From: Candidatus Poribacteria bacterium
GTDB lineage: Bacteria; Poribacteria; WGA-4E; WGA-3G
Direction of reading: 5' to 3'
Assembly: GCA_965215265.1 (NCBI GenBank)
Contig: OZ244048.1
Coordinates: 3,904,001-3,968,000, forward strand
Length of the DNA stretch: 64,000 bases
Positions 40,226 through 51,276 of the stretch are shown here, piece by piece; position 1 is the stretch's first letter, and the number at the start of each line of letters is the position of its first letter. The notes beneath the pieces were generated by a model. It ran no database searches and had not been told where the DNA came from. It saw nothing but the letters and a program-made list of their open reading frames with translations. The position numbers and the translations under genes are program-made.

Positions 40226-40919
40226 GTCGAGCGGTGAGACGCTTATCTCCGAAAATCATCCGGAATGGCATTCTCTGCGAACTGAAGGGCCAACACCAGG
40301 CGAACGGTTAGGCTTAACTGAGGTAGTCTTCGATCGTGAGTATTCTGTCCGCTATCACGCCCGTATGACAGGAAAGCTGCGCGATTACAGCAGCGTGTTG
40401 CGGGAGATATGTTCCTCTTCACAAATTGCACCGCCAGAGAAGGAAATCTCTTTGATGCAGACAGAGAGGTTGTTTGAGAAGGCAAGACCTTTTGAAAAAA
40501 TAGATCTGCAGGTTGTTGCAATGCTGCAAACCCTGAAGGCGCGAGACTACCGAATTGGGCTAATTTCAAATTGTGCTCATGATGAAATAGCGGCATGGAG
40601 TACCTCCTTGCTTTCGGTTTTGATCGATGTACCAATTTTTTCTTGTATAGAAGGGCTCACGAAACCAGAACCTGAAATTTACAAATTGGCATGTGATCGG
40701 TTAGACATCAGCAACGATGCTGCGGTTTTCGTCGGTGACGGTGGAAGTGATGAGTTAAGGGGAGCGGATGCAGTTGGGTTGAAAGTTATTTGGGCGACTT
40801 GGTTCATTGAGACGTGGCCTTGGGATTGGGTTGGAAATATAGTAGGAACATCAAGCGCATTTCCTCGATGCCGAAGCATTCCACATCTACCTACTCTGGT
40901 TGATGCCTTGTTTGTCTAA
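40222..40919 (+). pseudogene. HAD family hydrolase with motif I deleted
   Basis: ATGA-coupled start MSRAV jumps out of frame to ETLISE, so the expected FFDxx catalytic segment is missing; motifs LISN, KPEPEIY and FVGDGGSDEL are intact. Confidence 0.65.
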
Positions 40920-41010
40920 CAGATAATCATACCGCCTTAAAAGACTTGTAGGCACGCTTTGTAAGTACTCCGTCATTATTTTCACGAAATATAGGTGGAA
41001 GTGTCGTGAC

Positions 41011-41708
41011 ATGAACAATAGAATGGATTTTAAGTACAAAGATGTAGTTCCGTGGGGAAGATCTTTTGATGAATATTGCGATATGTTTGCCCTGTCTGAG
41101 GCTGAACTTTCCCGGAGAATCGCCGGTGTCGGAGACGGTCCCGCATCCTTCAATGCCCGTATGTACCAGCACGGGACACCGATAATCTCCATAGATCCGG
41201 TTTACCAATATTCTGTTGCAGCACTGCGCGAACGTATTAAGGAGACCTACGATGATGTCATCGCGCAATCGCGTAATAATCAGGATAAATTCGTCTGGTC
41301 CAACATCTCTTCTGTAGACGAACTAGCACAAATCAGAATGCAGGCAATGGAGGAGTTTTGCCAAGACTTTGAGCTAGGCAAGAAACAAGGCAGATATTTA
41401 AACGCGGCATTGCCGAATTTACCTTTTTCCGCGAAATGCTTTGACCTTGTGCTCTCAGGGCATTTTCTCTTTTTTACTCGGCGAACAGAAACCTCGCGTT
41501 TCATCTTCAATCTATACGGGAGCTCCTTCGGATAGGCAGAGAGGTTAGAATCTTCCCTATTGTTGACGTAAACAGCAGGCATTCACCATTCTTATCACCT
41601 GTTCTTGAGGCACTTGAAAAAGATAGGGTTACCTGTTCCATAGAACGGGTTCCGTATCACTTCCAGAAGACAGGGAATGAGATGCTAAAATTGAACGGTG
41701 GAAACTAG
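41011..41708 (+). CDS. SAM-dependent methyltransferase, frameshifted at a T-run near 41472
   Basis: VVPWGRSFDEY, GDGPASFNA, FDLVLSGHFLF; continues in another frame YSA...EVRIFP...VPYHFQKTGNEML. Confidence 0.8.
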
Positions 41709-41784
41709 CTGCAGCGGCATCGCAGTAACGTTGGGACACAGTTTCAGGCTGAATAGATCGGGAAACCGCCAGAAGAAAAGTATC

Positions 41785-42732
41785 ATGCATATCGATTTCA
41801 TTGAAGCGCTCTCAACCGATAATATGCCCGCGATAAAAAAGGCACCGAAAGCGGACCTTCACTGCCACGCCTTTTTTAGTACACGATTAGAAAATGTAGA
41901 ACGTTGGTTAGGGCACCCCCTAACAAAACCGCCTCTCAAGATGGCAGGACTTGAGGGGATGATGGAATACGCAGACAAAATTTTAGCACCGCACATAAAA
42001 CACCAACAAGGCTTCGAGTTTGTCGCTGTGTCAGCGGTAAACGATGCGATGCAGGATAACGTTGTTAGGCTTGAGATGAGCTTTGACATTCGGTTGGCAG
42101 GATTCTATTCTGGCGGGTTAGCGGAACTTCGTGCTTTTATTCAGATGTTGGTTGAGCAGTTTCGTCCCCACATCGCGCTGCATCCAGAATTAGGCTTTTC
42201 GAGAGGGGATGCGTATAATCCCAAACTGATTAAACTGGCGCACGAAGCGTTAGAATCGGGGCTCTTTCAGTCAATCGATTTATATAGCCGTCAAGAGTTG
42301 TGCCCACCTGAGGTGATGAAACCGTTATATACAAAGGCACGCACCGCAGGCATGAAACTAAAAGCACATGTCGGGGAATTTGGCGGAGCAGAAGAAATCC
42401 GGCGAACCGTAGAAGTCCTTGAATTGGATGAAGTGCAACACGGCATTGGTGCCGCCGAATCAATTGAAGTGATGCAATGGCTTGCGAAACATCAGATTCA
42501 ATTGAATGTATGTCCAACGAGCAACGTGATGTTGGATGCCGTATCAGAACTTGTTTCTCACCCCATCCGCATTTTGTTTCATAACGGCGTGCCGGTGACC
42601 GTGAATACCGACGATCTGATGATATTCGGGCAGAGCGTCTCTGAAGAGTATCGGAATCTGTATCAAGCCGGGGTCTTCAGTGCTGAGGAATTAGAAACAA
42701 TTCGACAACGTTCGCTCCTCACTTGCAAATAA
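41785..42732 (+). CDS. Adenosine deaminase family protein
   Basis: PKADLHCH, KAHVGE, QHGI, VCPTSN, HPI, VNTDD. Confidence 0.88.
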   Translation: MHIDFIEALSTDNMPAIKKAPKADLHCHAFFSTRLENVERWLGHPLTKPPLKMAGLEGMMEYADKILAPHIKHQQGFEFVAVSAVNDAMQDNVVRLEMSFDIRLAGFYSGGLAELRAFIQMLVEQFRPHIALHPELGFSRGDAYNPKLIKLAHEALESGLFQSIDLYSRQELCPPEVMKPLYTKARTAGMKLKAHVGEFGGAEEIRRTVEVLELDEVQHGIGAAESIEVMQWLAKHQIQLNVCPTSNVMLDAVSELVSHPIRILFHNGVPVTVNTDDLMIFGQSVSEEYRNLYQAGVFSAEELETIRQRSLLTCK

Positions 42733-42869
42733 ACAGCATCATCTCTGCTCCAGCAATTCTCTTGCTATTTTCCAAACAATACGGTATAGTACTATTTATC
42801 TTATAAATTTTCTTTGTAAGCGCACCTTCATAAAAAATAAGAAAGAAACAGTAACAGGAAAAACACATC

Positions 42870-45077
42870 ATGCAAGGTCGTAATACAAAACAACGTTCGC
42901 TGCACGCGTTCCTCATCGCATGCATTTTACATCTTTGTCTGATCATCGTTTCGACGCTCTCATTTTACATAAACAGTCAAAACCAGTTTGAAGATGTAAT
43001 CGCATTGGATTTGATAAATCAGAAGGAGCTTCAAAAGCCGCGCCGCACCCTCAAACAGCCCTTACGCAAACGCATAGTGATGCGTTCCGAATCTCTGAGT
43101 GAGGCACACCCACAGCATCTAAAGCGCACCGCTTCACCCAATTTAATAGACGAGACAGTGCGGCAATCAGAGAGAGAACTGCTACACAGTGCAACGAAAT
43201 CCATTTCAGATATGGAGACAACACTTCCAGAGGTAACAACTGAAGCACAGCCGTTCCAAACCCGAACGGTCACCATTCCTGAATCCGTGGGCAGCCCATT
43301 TGAAACCACCGACGGAGCAGGCGTAGACAGCTTCCGGCAACGTGTCAAAGGTGAAGGAGGCACCGGCTTTCATAAACTTGAATCCACCGGCACTTCAGAC
43401 ATCGGAACCGTCGGAGATGGCACCGGCAAGGACGGCTCCGGCGGCAGTGGCGAAAGTGATGGCACAAATCCGTTCGCCGAAGCACTCAAACGCATTGCCG
43501 ACCACATCATCGCCACACGAGAACGAGATAAAGTTAACGTCGTCTTTGTACTAGATACCAGCGCGAGTATGCGCGATAACATTCAGCAAGTCGCAGCAAA
43601 TCTTTATAGCATGACAGATGCATTCGATCATGTTAACCTAGAATATCACCTCGGAATGTCGGAGTTTAGTGTACGATACGAAGGACAAAACGTCCAAGTC
43701 CGATCGCTGTTACCTGATGTCGGCATGCTACGCCGTCGAATGCAGAAAACGACCATGAGCGGTGATGAGCACGCACTGGACGCGCTCATTGATACTCTCC
43801 ACTATATTGAGTTTCACGCAGATGCGGACAAGTATATCGTTCTTGTTACCGATGAACCGGCAACCACTTATTTCAAAAAAGATGGCACTTCTGAAAGGAT
43901 GCGCACCAAGGTTATCGATAGCTACCAACTTGAGGAAATCCGCGTTAACGTCCTCGGACATATCGAGCCGTTTCAGCACCAGTTAGCTGAAGAAACAGGC
44001 GGACTTTGGCAGCGAATCCCGGGCGATATCGGCAACGCTGCATCACTTCCAACCACTCGCGCCGCAAATGAAAGCTTTCTCAAAGTTTTTCGCGATATTG
44101 TCACGGACATCCGGCGAAACGGCGGCAGTCTACTGTTCAGCATGGAGTCAAAGTTTGAAATCCTCCTTGAAGATGGCGATATTCCAACGAAAAAACTGCT
44201 CCGCGAATTCCAGAAAAACGGTATTCGGTTAGGTAACCAGACACGCCTCTCTGAAAGTGCAACCGTTTGGGTGAAAAACGAGGGAGATCTCTGGATGATT
44301 ACCGACTACGCGAATCGACGCGTCTATACCATTCGCAAAACAGGAAACACATTGAACGTCTACGCCGGTATCTATCCCGAAAGCTGGAACCTCTCCGGAA
44401 GTCTCACTGCCATGTCACAACAACGGGGGAGTAGATGGCTCCTAAACGACTCGCAGCACCGCCGGATGTATACCATCCGAAGCGACAAAAATAGACTGAA
44501 TATTTATGCAGGTGCCGATCCGAGGGCATCTTCTAGTAATACAAGAAACAGTTTTGAGCCCGCGGTCGATATCGTTATTATGTTAGATTACAGCCGCAGC
44601 ATGGGCGGGAAATCCCAAGCAATTATGCTCGGGCTCAGCACGCTGATCGGCCGGTTGGACATTTTGCCCTTAAAGTATCGCATCGGGCTCATCCGTTTCG
44701 CAGAAGCCACAGATGCAATTAAGGTTATCAACGGTAATGTCATAACACAAATGCCGGTCAATGAATCCATGCTGGAAAGCCTCATGGAGGACCCTTTTGG
44801 TGGGGACGAGCATCTTATTGATGCGATCGTAGAAGCAGTGCCTAAGGTGAAATTTAGCCCTTATGCGAGCCGATTCCTCCTCATCTTAACAGATGAACCA
44901 ACCACCGGAAGTTATCCTGCGGAACGCGCAATAGAAGTTTGTCAGTCGTTAGGCATTCGCGCCTATGTTATCGGGCACCCGCAGCCAAACGATTTACAAA
45001 AAATGCTTGCTGAAAAAACCGGCGGACGTTTCTTCGAAATGCCTAAACATCTAAGGAAAGGGTATTCAAACCAATAA
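42870..45077 (+). CDS. Membrane-anchored protein with two VWA domains
   Basis: N-terminal TM helix, Gly-rich linker, VLDTSASM..VTDE and MLDYSRSM..LTDE MIDAS motifs. Confidence 0.85.
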   Translation: MQGRNTKQRSLHAFLIACILHLCLIIVSTLSFYINSQNQFEDVIALDLINQKELQKPRRTLKQPLRKRIVMRSESLSEAHPQHLKRTASPNLIDETVRQSERELLHSATKSISDMETTLPEVTTEAQPFQTRTVTIPESVGSPFETTDGAGVDSFRQRVKGEGGTGFHKLESTGTSDIGTVGDGTGKDGSGGSGESDGTNPFAEALKRIADHIIATRERDKVNVVFVLDTSASMRDNIQQVAANLYSMTDAFDHVNLEYHLGMSEFSVRYEGQNVQVRSLLPDVGMLRRRMQKTTMSGDEHALDALIDTLHYIEFHADADKYIVLVTDEPATTYFKKDGTSERMRTKVIDSYQLEEIRVNVLGHIEPFQHQLAEETGGLWQRIPGDIGNAASLPTTRAANESFLKVFRDIVTDIRRNGGSLLFSMESKFEILLEDGDIPTKKLLREFQKNGIRLGNQTRLSESATVWVKNEGDLWMITDYANRRVYTIRKTGNTLNVYAGIYPESWNLSGSLTAMSQQRGSRWLLNDSQHRRMYTIRSDKNRLNIYAGADPRASSSNTRNSFEPAVDIVIMLDYSRSMGGKSQAIMLGLSTLIGRLDILPLKYRIGLIRFAEATDAIKVINGNVITQMPVNESMLESLMEDPFGGDEHLIDAIVEAVPKVKFSPYASRFLLILTDEPTTGSYPAERAIEVCQSLGIRAYVIGHPQPNDLQKMLAEKTGGRFFEMPKHLRKGYSNQ

Positions 45078-45147
45078 ATCAACTTTTCTACCGGACCCAG
45101 ACGTGAAATTCCGCAGAAATTTCTAAAATGAAAGGAATTAATGAACA

Positions 45148-45669
45148 ATGACAACGAGCTCTACGAGTACACAACAACATCGCGAAATGGCAGTTGAACA
45201 AGGCCCCGTAATGGTTGCCATTGTCACGGTGAGTGATACGCGTACCCCGGAAACCGACAAGAACGCTGCTTTTCTGCGTGAGCAATTGGCAGCCCAAGGC
45301 AACTCGGTCTGCGCCTATCAGATTATCAAAGATGAACCCGAGCAGGTTGCCGAGGTCTTGGATAAAATGGCAGAAAGCGATGCACGCGTTATCTTATTCA
45401 ACGGCGGGACCGGGATTGCACCGCGCGACACAACCTTTGACATCCTCAATAGAAAATTGGAAAAGACACTGCCCGGCTTTGGCGAACTGTTTCGTATGTT
45501 TAGTTACGAGCAGGTCGGCGCGGCGGCGATGCTTTCACGCGCAACAGCAGGCGTCTATCGCGGAAAAGTCGTCATATCCACACCCGGTTCCACCGCCGCC
45601 GTGCAGCTCGCATGGGAAAAATTGATTGGACCTGAACTCCAGCACTTGGCATGGGAAGTCGGACGCTAA
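45148..45669 (+). CDS. moaB: Molybdenum cofactor biosynthesis protein B (MoaB/MogA)
   Basis: [39 protein letters not shown]. Confidence 0.9.
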   Translation: MTTSSTSTQQHREMAVEQGPVMVAIVTVSDTRTPETDKNAAFLREQLAAQGNSVCAYQIIKDEPEQVAEVLDKMAESDARVILFNGGTGIAPRDTTFDILNRKLEKTLPGFGELFRMFSYEQVGAAAMLSRATAGVYRGKVVISTPGSTAAVQLAWEKLIGPELQHLAWEVGR

Positions 45670-45767
45670 CCTAAAATTGAGATCGAAATTCAATTCCGCG
45701 ACTCTGAAAATCTCCATACAGAAACGACCGTCCTGAATAACCTCATCCCAAGAGAATTGAGGAGACA

Positions 45768-46670
45768 TTGATGAATATTCAATTTGAAGGAATTTTTACA
45801 CCCACAGTAACGCCGCTCGATGAGAAGGAACGCGTCGATGAAATCGGTTTTGTCAAGCAAATTAACCGTCTGATTGACAATGGTGTCCACGGAATTTATC
45901 TGTTAGGATCGTCCGGTGAATTTACGACGCTGACAAATACAGAGCGTGAACGGGCAATGGACATCGCAGCAAATGCCGTTGGCGGTAGAATACCGATTAT
46001 CTGTTGTGTTATGGATACAAGCACGCAACGCGTCATCCAAAACATTGCGCTCGCACAACAGTTCCGGGTAGATGCTGTCGCAGCAACACCGGGGTACTAC
46101 TACCCCTCTACAAGTGACGCAGATGTGATTGAATTTTATGAAACTATCGCTGCCAGTACTGACTTACCGGTGCTGATTTACAATATACCCTCAACCGTCA
46201 AAACGGCAGTGAAACCAGAGATAATCGTTGAACTCGCTGAACGGTGCCCTAACATCGTCGGAATGAAGGATAGCTCCGGCGATTGGACCAACTGCCTCAC
46301 TCTCTTAGCTCTGCTCGGACATAAACCTAATTTCTCCATTTTGCTCGGTTCGCACACCGCACTAGGTGCCGCGTTGCTCTTTGGTGCTGATGGCGGTGTT
46401 ATCTCCATCTCAAACGTTGCCCCCAAAGAATCTGTCGCACTCTACAACGCTGGAAAAGCACGCGATATTGATGAAGTCCACCGGTTACAAAAATGGTTGC
46501 TCAGGCTTAGCCAACTCTATCGCTACGGACAAGGTGTCAGTGGTATGAAGGCATGTCTGGAAATCCTCGGTGTCTGTCCAGCCTATACGACAAGCCCGCT
46601 CTTACCGCTTAGCGACGCGGCAAAAGCAGAACTTCGACAACTCCTAACAGATTTAGGACTGCATTCATGA
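45768..46670 (+). CDS. Dihydrodipicolinate synthase family aldolase
   Basis: GSSGEF, IYNIP, GMKDSSGD. Confidence 0.88.
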   Translation: MMNIQFEGIFTPTVTPLDEKERVDEIGFVKQINRLIDNGVHGIYLLGSSGEFTTLTNTERERAMDIAANAVGGRIPIICCVMDTSTQRVIQNIALAQQFRVDAVAATPGYYYPSTSDADVIEFYETIAASTDLPVLIYNIPSTVKTAVKPEIIVELAERCPNIVGMKDSSGDWTNCLTLLALLGHKPNFSILLGSHTALGAALLFGADGGVISISNVAPKESVALYNAGKARDIDEVHRLQKWLLRLSQLYRYGQGVSGMKACLEILGVCPAYTTSPLLPLSDAAKAELRQLLTDLGLHS

Positions 46671-47941
46671 TTGAGATATACCCGATTCGCAAACCGGTCA
46701 ATGCTACGATAACTGTGCCGGGCTCTAAAAGTTACACCAATCGGGCGTTGTTGGTTGCTGCGCTATCAAGTGGGGCATCTACTTTGACAGGCGCGCTCTT
46801 TAGCGATGATACGCACTATATGTGTAATGCACTGCGAAAATTGGGTATCCCTATTGAAGCGGATAAAACACAAGCAACCTTTCATGTCACCGGAAACGGG
46901 GGTGATATCCCAGTTGCGGGTGCCGAACTCTACATCGGCAACTCTGGGACTACGTCACGTTCACTCGTAAGTTATGTTACACTCGGACACGGAAAATTCG
47001 TCATTGATGGCGATGAGCCGATGCGGCGCGGCCGTCCCATAGCAGACTTATTGGATGCACTCCGGCAACTGGGGGTGTCCGTGCATTCACAATTGAACAG
47101 TGGCAACCTGCCTGTGCTCATTCAAGCCGATGGACTTGAGGGTGGTAAAACGCAGCTTGACGCGAGTAAAAGCAGCCAATTTTTGACTTCACTCCTCCTC
47201 ATCGCCCCTTATGCAAAAAATGGCATCCAAATTCAGGTGGTTGGTGAACTCAAAACTCCCTACATTGACATGACGTTATCTGTGATGAAAACGTTCGGTG
47301 TAACTGTTAACCATCACAACTACCGGCAATTCTACATCGACAAGGGGCAACAGTATCAACCACGAAACTATCAGATCGAACCGGATGCCTCCAGCGCCTC
47401 CTACTTCTTTGCCGCCGCTGCTATTACAGGTGGACGGGTCAAGGTTAAACACCTACACTTAGATTCTGCACAAGGAGATGTCCAATTTGTACGCGTGTTG
47501 GAAAAAATGGGATGTCAGGTTAACCCGACTACCGAGGGGATTGAGGTAATTGGACCCGCCGACCGGCTCCGAGGAATTGATGTGGATATGAAGCCAATAT
47601 CGGACACAGCACTGACGCTCGCCGCGATAGCTCCCTTTTCTGACAGCAGCGTAACTATCCGAAACATTGAACATACACGTTGGCAGGAAACAGACCGAAT
47701 CCATGCAATGGTGACAGAACTCCGGAAGTTAGGGGTGCCTGTGGTTGAGCATCGTGACGGGCTTGAAATTTCACCCGCGCCCATTACGCCCGCGGCAATC
47801 GATACGTATCGCGACCACCGTGTAGCAATGGCATTCGCGCTAATCGGCTTAAAAACGAGCGGAATTCAGATTAAGGATCCCGGATGTGTCAGTAAGACGT
47901 TTCCTCACTATTTTGAGGTGCTGCAGCAGCTCTACGTTTGA
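46667..47941 (+). CDS. aroA: 3-phosphoshikimate 1-carboxyvinyltransferase
   Basis: PGSKSYTNRAL, GNSGT, SSQFLTSLL, EPDASSASYF, ETDRI, DHRVAMAF, KTFP. Confidence 0.96.
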   Translation: MIEIYPIRKPVNATITVPGSKSYTNRALLVAALSSGASTLTGALFSDDTHYMCNALRKLGIPIEADKTQATFHVTGNGGDIPVAGAELYIGNSGTTSRSLVSYVTLGHGKFVIDGDEPMRRGRPIADLLDALRQLGVSVHSQLNSGNLPVLIQADGLEGGKTQLDASKSSQFLTSLLLIAPYAKNGIQIQVVGELKTPYIDMTLSVMKTFGVTVNHHNYRQFYIDKGQQYQPRNYQIEPDASSASYFFAAAAITGGRVKVKHLHLDSAQGDVQFVRVLEKMGCQVNPTTEGIEVIGPADRLRGIDVDMKPISDTALTLAAIAPFSDSSVTIRNIEHTRWQETDRIHAMVTELRKLGVPVVEHRDGLEISPAPITPAAIDTYRDHRVAMAFALIGLKTSGIQIKDPGCVSKTFPHYFEVLQQLYV

Positions 47942-47968
47942 GAATCCCGCGTTCTTGTAGGGCACGCC

Positions 47969-50900
47969 TTAAACATCAAAAACCTCATCAATCTCCGCCA
48001 TAACCTGCAGCGTCTCCGCAACGGCAACTAAAATTGCACAATACTGGCGGACCTCCGCATGACTTAACGTATCACCGCGCCTATCCTGCAGCCACTTTTT
48101 ACACACCTGATATGCACCTACCTCATATTCCCACACCGCCGCAGGCACATCTGTGAAATGCTGGGTAGCGTTAACCCAAACGTGTCCACCGTGATAGCGA
48201 ACCCTTGAGACAACGGCTTCGCCTTCTCCTTCAAACCGATGCCTCGGCACAACTTGCACGTCTTTTAGGAGATGCCAGTCTATCAACGTCTGCCCCAACG
48301 TGCTGAGTCTGCGGAAGTACTCAATATCCCGCGGCAACGGGATACGCGGGATAGCGTATTTCAGGAAGTCGTAATACCGCGCACGATAGGTAGGACTATA
48401 CAACACGGCGTAAATATAGGCGAGGATGTCCTCCGGCGAAATCCCTTCCGGGATGCCAAAGGGGCCCCTCTGCGAAATCCCTAACCTCTCTGAGAGCACC
48501 GTCAGGAAGTCTGGCCTTAGATTGAGCGAACGTTCTGTCTCAAGTTCCAATTCCTCTGGATGCGGATATAGGTAGAGCGGAAATACGTGTCCAGATTCGC
48601 TCCCTCTGTTTGAGATATAACACTTTTCAGTGAGTTTGTCGGTTACCAAAGCGTGTTGCCAGGCAGGCCCTGTGACAATGCGGCAAACGCAGAAGGCAAT
48701 GTTGTCCTGAAGTAGATGGTGCATAATCGCGGTACGAGGAGCACAATGAAAGCCGCGTGATTTTCCGGTGTAATAAGTCCAGCGTGTGTCATAGGGACGG
48801 TAGCGGATAGGTTCAATGTGTTGTGCAACGTCAGGATGGCTACGGAGATCCGCCTGGGCAAGGTGAACCTGCCAGTCTTGGCTATCCTTCCCCAATCTGT
48901 ATTTCTCGCGCGCGGCATCTTCAGAGAGTGAAACAACATCTGCTACAGTCTCGCGAACCGCTTCAGCAGTTCGATGAAGTGTTAGTTTATCCCGCCCGGT
49001 GACAAGTCCAACAGATGCCGTTTGAAAGATGTCGCTCATCTCCCAGCCTGCTTCGTACTCTACTCTCCGTTCGGTCGCTTGTGGCACAAAAAGATAGTAA
49101 GGAGATGTCGGTTGAAGTTCATGCCACTGCGTGGTTTGGACATTAGTTTCCGACAGCACGTCGTATTTTTCCGCTCGCGAGCCCCATATATCAGCATAAT
49201 AGACCTGTGCTGGTGCAAGATTGTCCCGTTCTTTGACACACAACAGAATGCAAACGCCCTGCAGTATGTCAAAGACGTTTTCATCTTTCTTACCCTCCGG
49301 TACGGCTTCTGTTCTTCTATTATTTCCGTGCAAGTTGAGGAGGTAGATGGCGTTGAAACTCGTCAACAAGCTCTGCCGCATGCCACGAAACATAAGACCA
49401 TCGAGAAAACTATTGTTGACAATATAACCGAGAATCCCTTCTCCGTTTTTATCAATTCTCCACTGTGCCCACCGGATAAACTTCACATAATCCGCTTGAA
49501 GTGCTTTTAAATTCCTATCATCAAGCGGTTGCCCATCTATCTGCTTGTAATCCTCAATGAGTTTCCCAATAAAAGTCAAGTTTCTGCCGACACGACTTGG
49601 ATTAGCAGAACTTCGTGGATAGGGTGGATTGCCGATGATGACAAGGAGCGGTTTATCCTGTTTCACTGAAACCGCCGCATTCGCCTCATCAGAGATGAAC
49701 CCTGCAAACGGTAAACGTTGGTCCCTTTCTATAGGTGCCTCTAAGGTATTGGTAAGATAGATACCGAGCCGTTCATCGGCGTGCCAACCTTGTGCCTGCA
49801 GAAACAGACTCAACTTCAGATGTGCGATCGTATAAGGGGCGACGAGCAGCTCAAACCCGAAGAGTCGTTTGACTAGCTGCGCGTTCACATACTGGTTCCA
49901 ATCTCCTGTGCCGTAATTCGTTGTAACATATTCACGGATGCGGTCCAGCACAGCCAACAGAAAGCCGCCGGTACCCATAGCGATATCGAGGATGAGTGCA
50001 TCCTCAGCCGCGAGCCCGTCCGGTTTGTTCAGTGCTGTCTTGAGCAGTTCATCAACAGAGCGGACGATGTAGGAGATAACCTGGGGCGGTGTATAGTAAA
50101 CACCGCGAGCCACGCGACGCTGCGGATCATACTCTGCGAGGAACGTCTCGTAGAAGTGGATAACAGGGTCTTCAAAATGGGTCCGGTTGGCAAAGGCAGT
50201 GCGGAGCATCTCTGTGGAGACGTTTCGGAGGAGAGTTGCGATGTCGTCCAAAATGTAGGTGACATCCTCCTCAAGATTGGGGGAGGCCACCTGATGGAAA
50301 AGCTGCCGGAGGAATGGATTTGATTGGGGGAGTGCACTGGCCGCGGTTTCGCGTGAGAAGTTCGTTGCATGAGGAAGGGTGCAGCGTGCAGCGAAAAGCC
50401 CATAAACAAGCGTTTGGGCATACATATCAGCGAAATCATCCTGTGTCAGTGTAGAAAGGAGCAGCTCCTTAAACGCTGAAAACATGCCGTAGATTTGACT
50501 ATTTTCATCAGTGAGCGTGGTTGCAAGCTGCGTTTGGAGCTCACGTGTGCGGCGCGCGAGGTGTTTTGCAAGTGCCTCCGGAGTGGCGATTTGCAAGGGC
50601 CCTGCGCTGAGAAACAGGTCCAATAGCGTTTCTAAGGCTTCATTGTCCTCTGCAGCACGTGCCGTTGCACGCAGCGTTGCATCCGTATACAACCGAAATT
50701 CAACGAAATTGGTGAGGATGAAGTTATCAAGGTTTTCAATAAACCGTGCATTCTGCGTCTCCGCATGTCCGGTGAGTGCATCAAGATCTCTGCCATAAGC
50801 CTCTGCTTCAATATAGCCAAGCGGCAGCGAACCCTCACGTACAATGAAATCTGGTCTTCCGATCTCATCCAGTTTTCTCGGTTCTTGTGTGAATCTTATG

Positions 50901-51046
50901 GTGTCTCTGTCGAAATAGTCTACCGCAAGGTCTTCAAGAAATGCTTGGAGGTGCGGAAAAAGAGACAGTTCAGGCGTTGCATCTGGGTTGGCTTGGGTGC
51001 GGTGTATCTCCTGTAGATAGCGGTTGCAGCGTGTTTGAAAATCCAT
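47969..51046 (-). CDS. Type IIG/ISP-like restriction-modification enzyme (nuclease + N6 MTase + specificity domain)
   Basis: GRPDF...YIEAE, FADMYAQTLVYGLF, YETFLAEYDP, GVYYTP, GTGGFL, GNPPY, YRPYD, GAYQVCKKWL. Confidence 0.9.
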   Translation of the reverse strand: MDFQTRCNRYLQEIHRTQANPDATPELSLFPHLQAFLEDLAVDYFDRDTIRFTQEPRKLDEIGRPDFIVREGSLPLGYIEAEAYGRDLDALTGHAETQNARFIENLDNFILTNFVEFRLYTDATLRATARAAEDNEALETLLDLFLSAGPLQIATPEALAKHLARRTRELQTQLATTLTDENSQIYGMFSAFKELLLSTLTQDDFADMYAQTLVYGLFAARCTLPHATNFSRETAASALPQSNPFLRQLFHQVASPNLEEDVTYILDDIATLLRNVSTEMLRTAFANRTHFEDPVIHFYETFLAEYDPQRRVARGVYYTPPQVISYIVRSVDELLKTALNKPDGLAAEDALILDIAMGTGGFLLAVLDRIREYVTTNYGTGDWNQYVNAQLVKRLFGFELLVAPYTIAHLKLSLFLQAQGWHADERLGIYLTNTLEAPIERDQRLPFAGFISDEANAAVSVKQDKPLLVIIGNPPYPRSSANPSRVGRNLTFIGKLIEDYKQIDGQPLDDRNLKALQADYVKFIRWAQWRIDKNGEGILGYIVNNSFLDGLMFRGMRQSLLTSFNAIYLLNLHGNNRRTEAVPEGKKDENVFDILQGVCILLCVKERDNLAPAQVYYADIWGSRAEKYDVLSETNVQTTQWHELQPTSPYYLFVPQATERRVEYEAGWEMSDIFQTASVGLVTGRDKLTLHRTAEAVRETVADVVSLSEDAAREKYRLGKDSQDWQVHLAQADLRSHPDVAQHIEPIRYRPYDTRWTYYTGKSRGFHCAPRTAIMHHLLQDNIAFCVCRIVTGPAWQHALVTDKLTEKCYISNRGSESGHVFPLYLYPHPEELELETERSLNLRPDFLTVLSERLGISQRGPFGIPEGISPEDILAYIYAVLYSPTYRARYYDFLKYAIPRIPLPRDIEYFRRLSTLGQTLIDWHLLKDVQVVPRHRFEGEGEAVVSRVRYHGGHVWVNATQHFTDVPAAVWEYEVGAYQVCKKWLQDRRGDTLSHAEVRQYCAILVAVAETLQVMAEIDEVFDV

Positions 51047-51276
51047 TCTGTTATTTTTAGGTCCCTTCCTCTCTTTGTAGACGTGCTTTGATTCAGACAG
51101 GCTCCTGTCTCGAAACGGACCGAACTCATCTCTACACGCCGCAATTAAATAAAATCGTAATCCCTAGGTTTTTGTATTATATACGCTCTGAATTTTTAGT
51201 GCAAGCACTTTTGAGGGCTATGCGGAATATCTAGTGTCGCAAATTGGAGACTCAAATGTCCGTACACGTTTACCAT

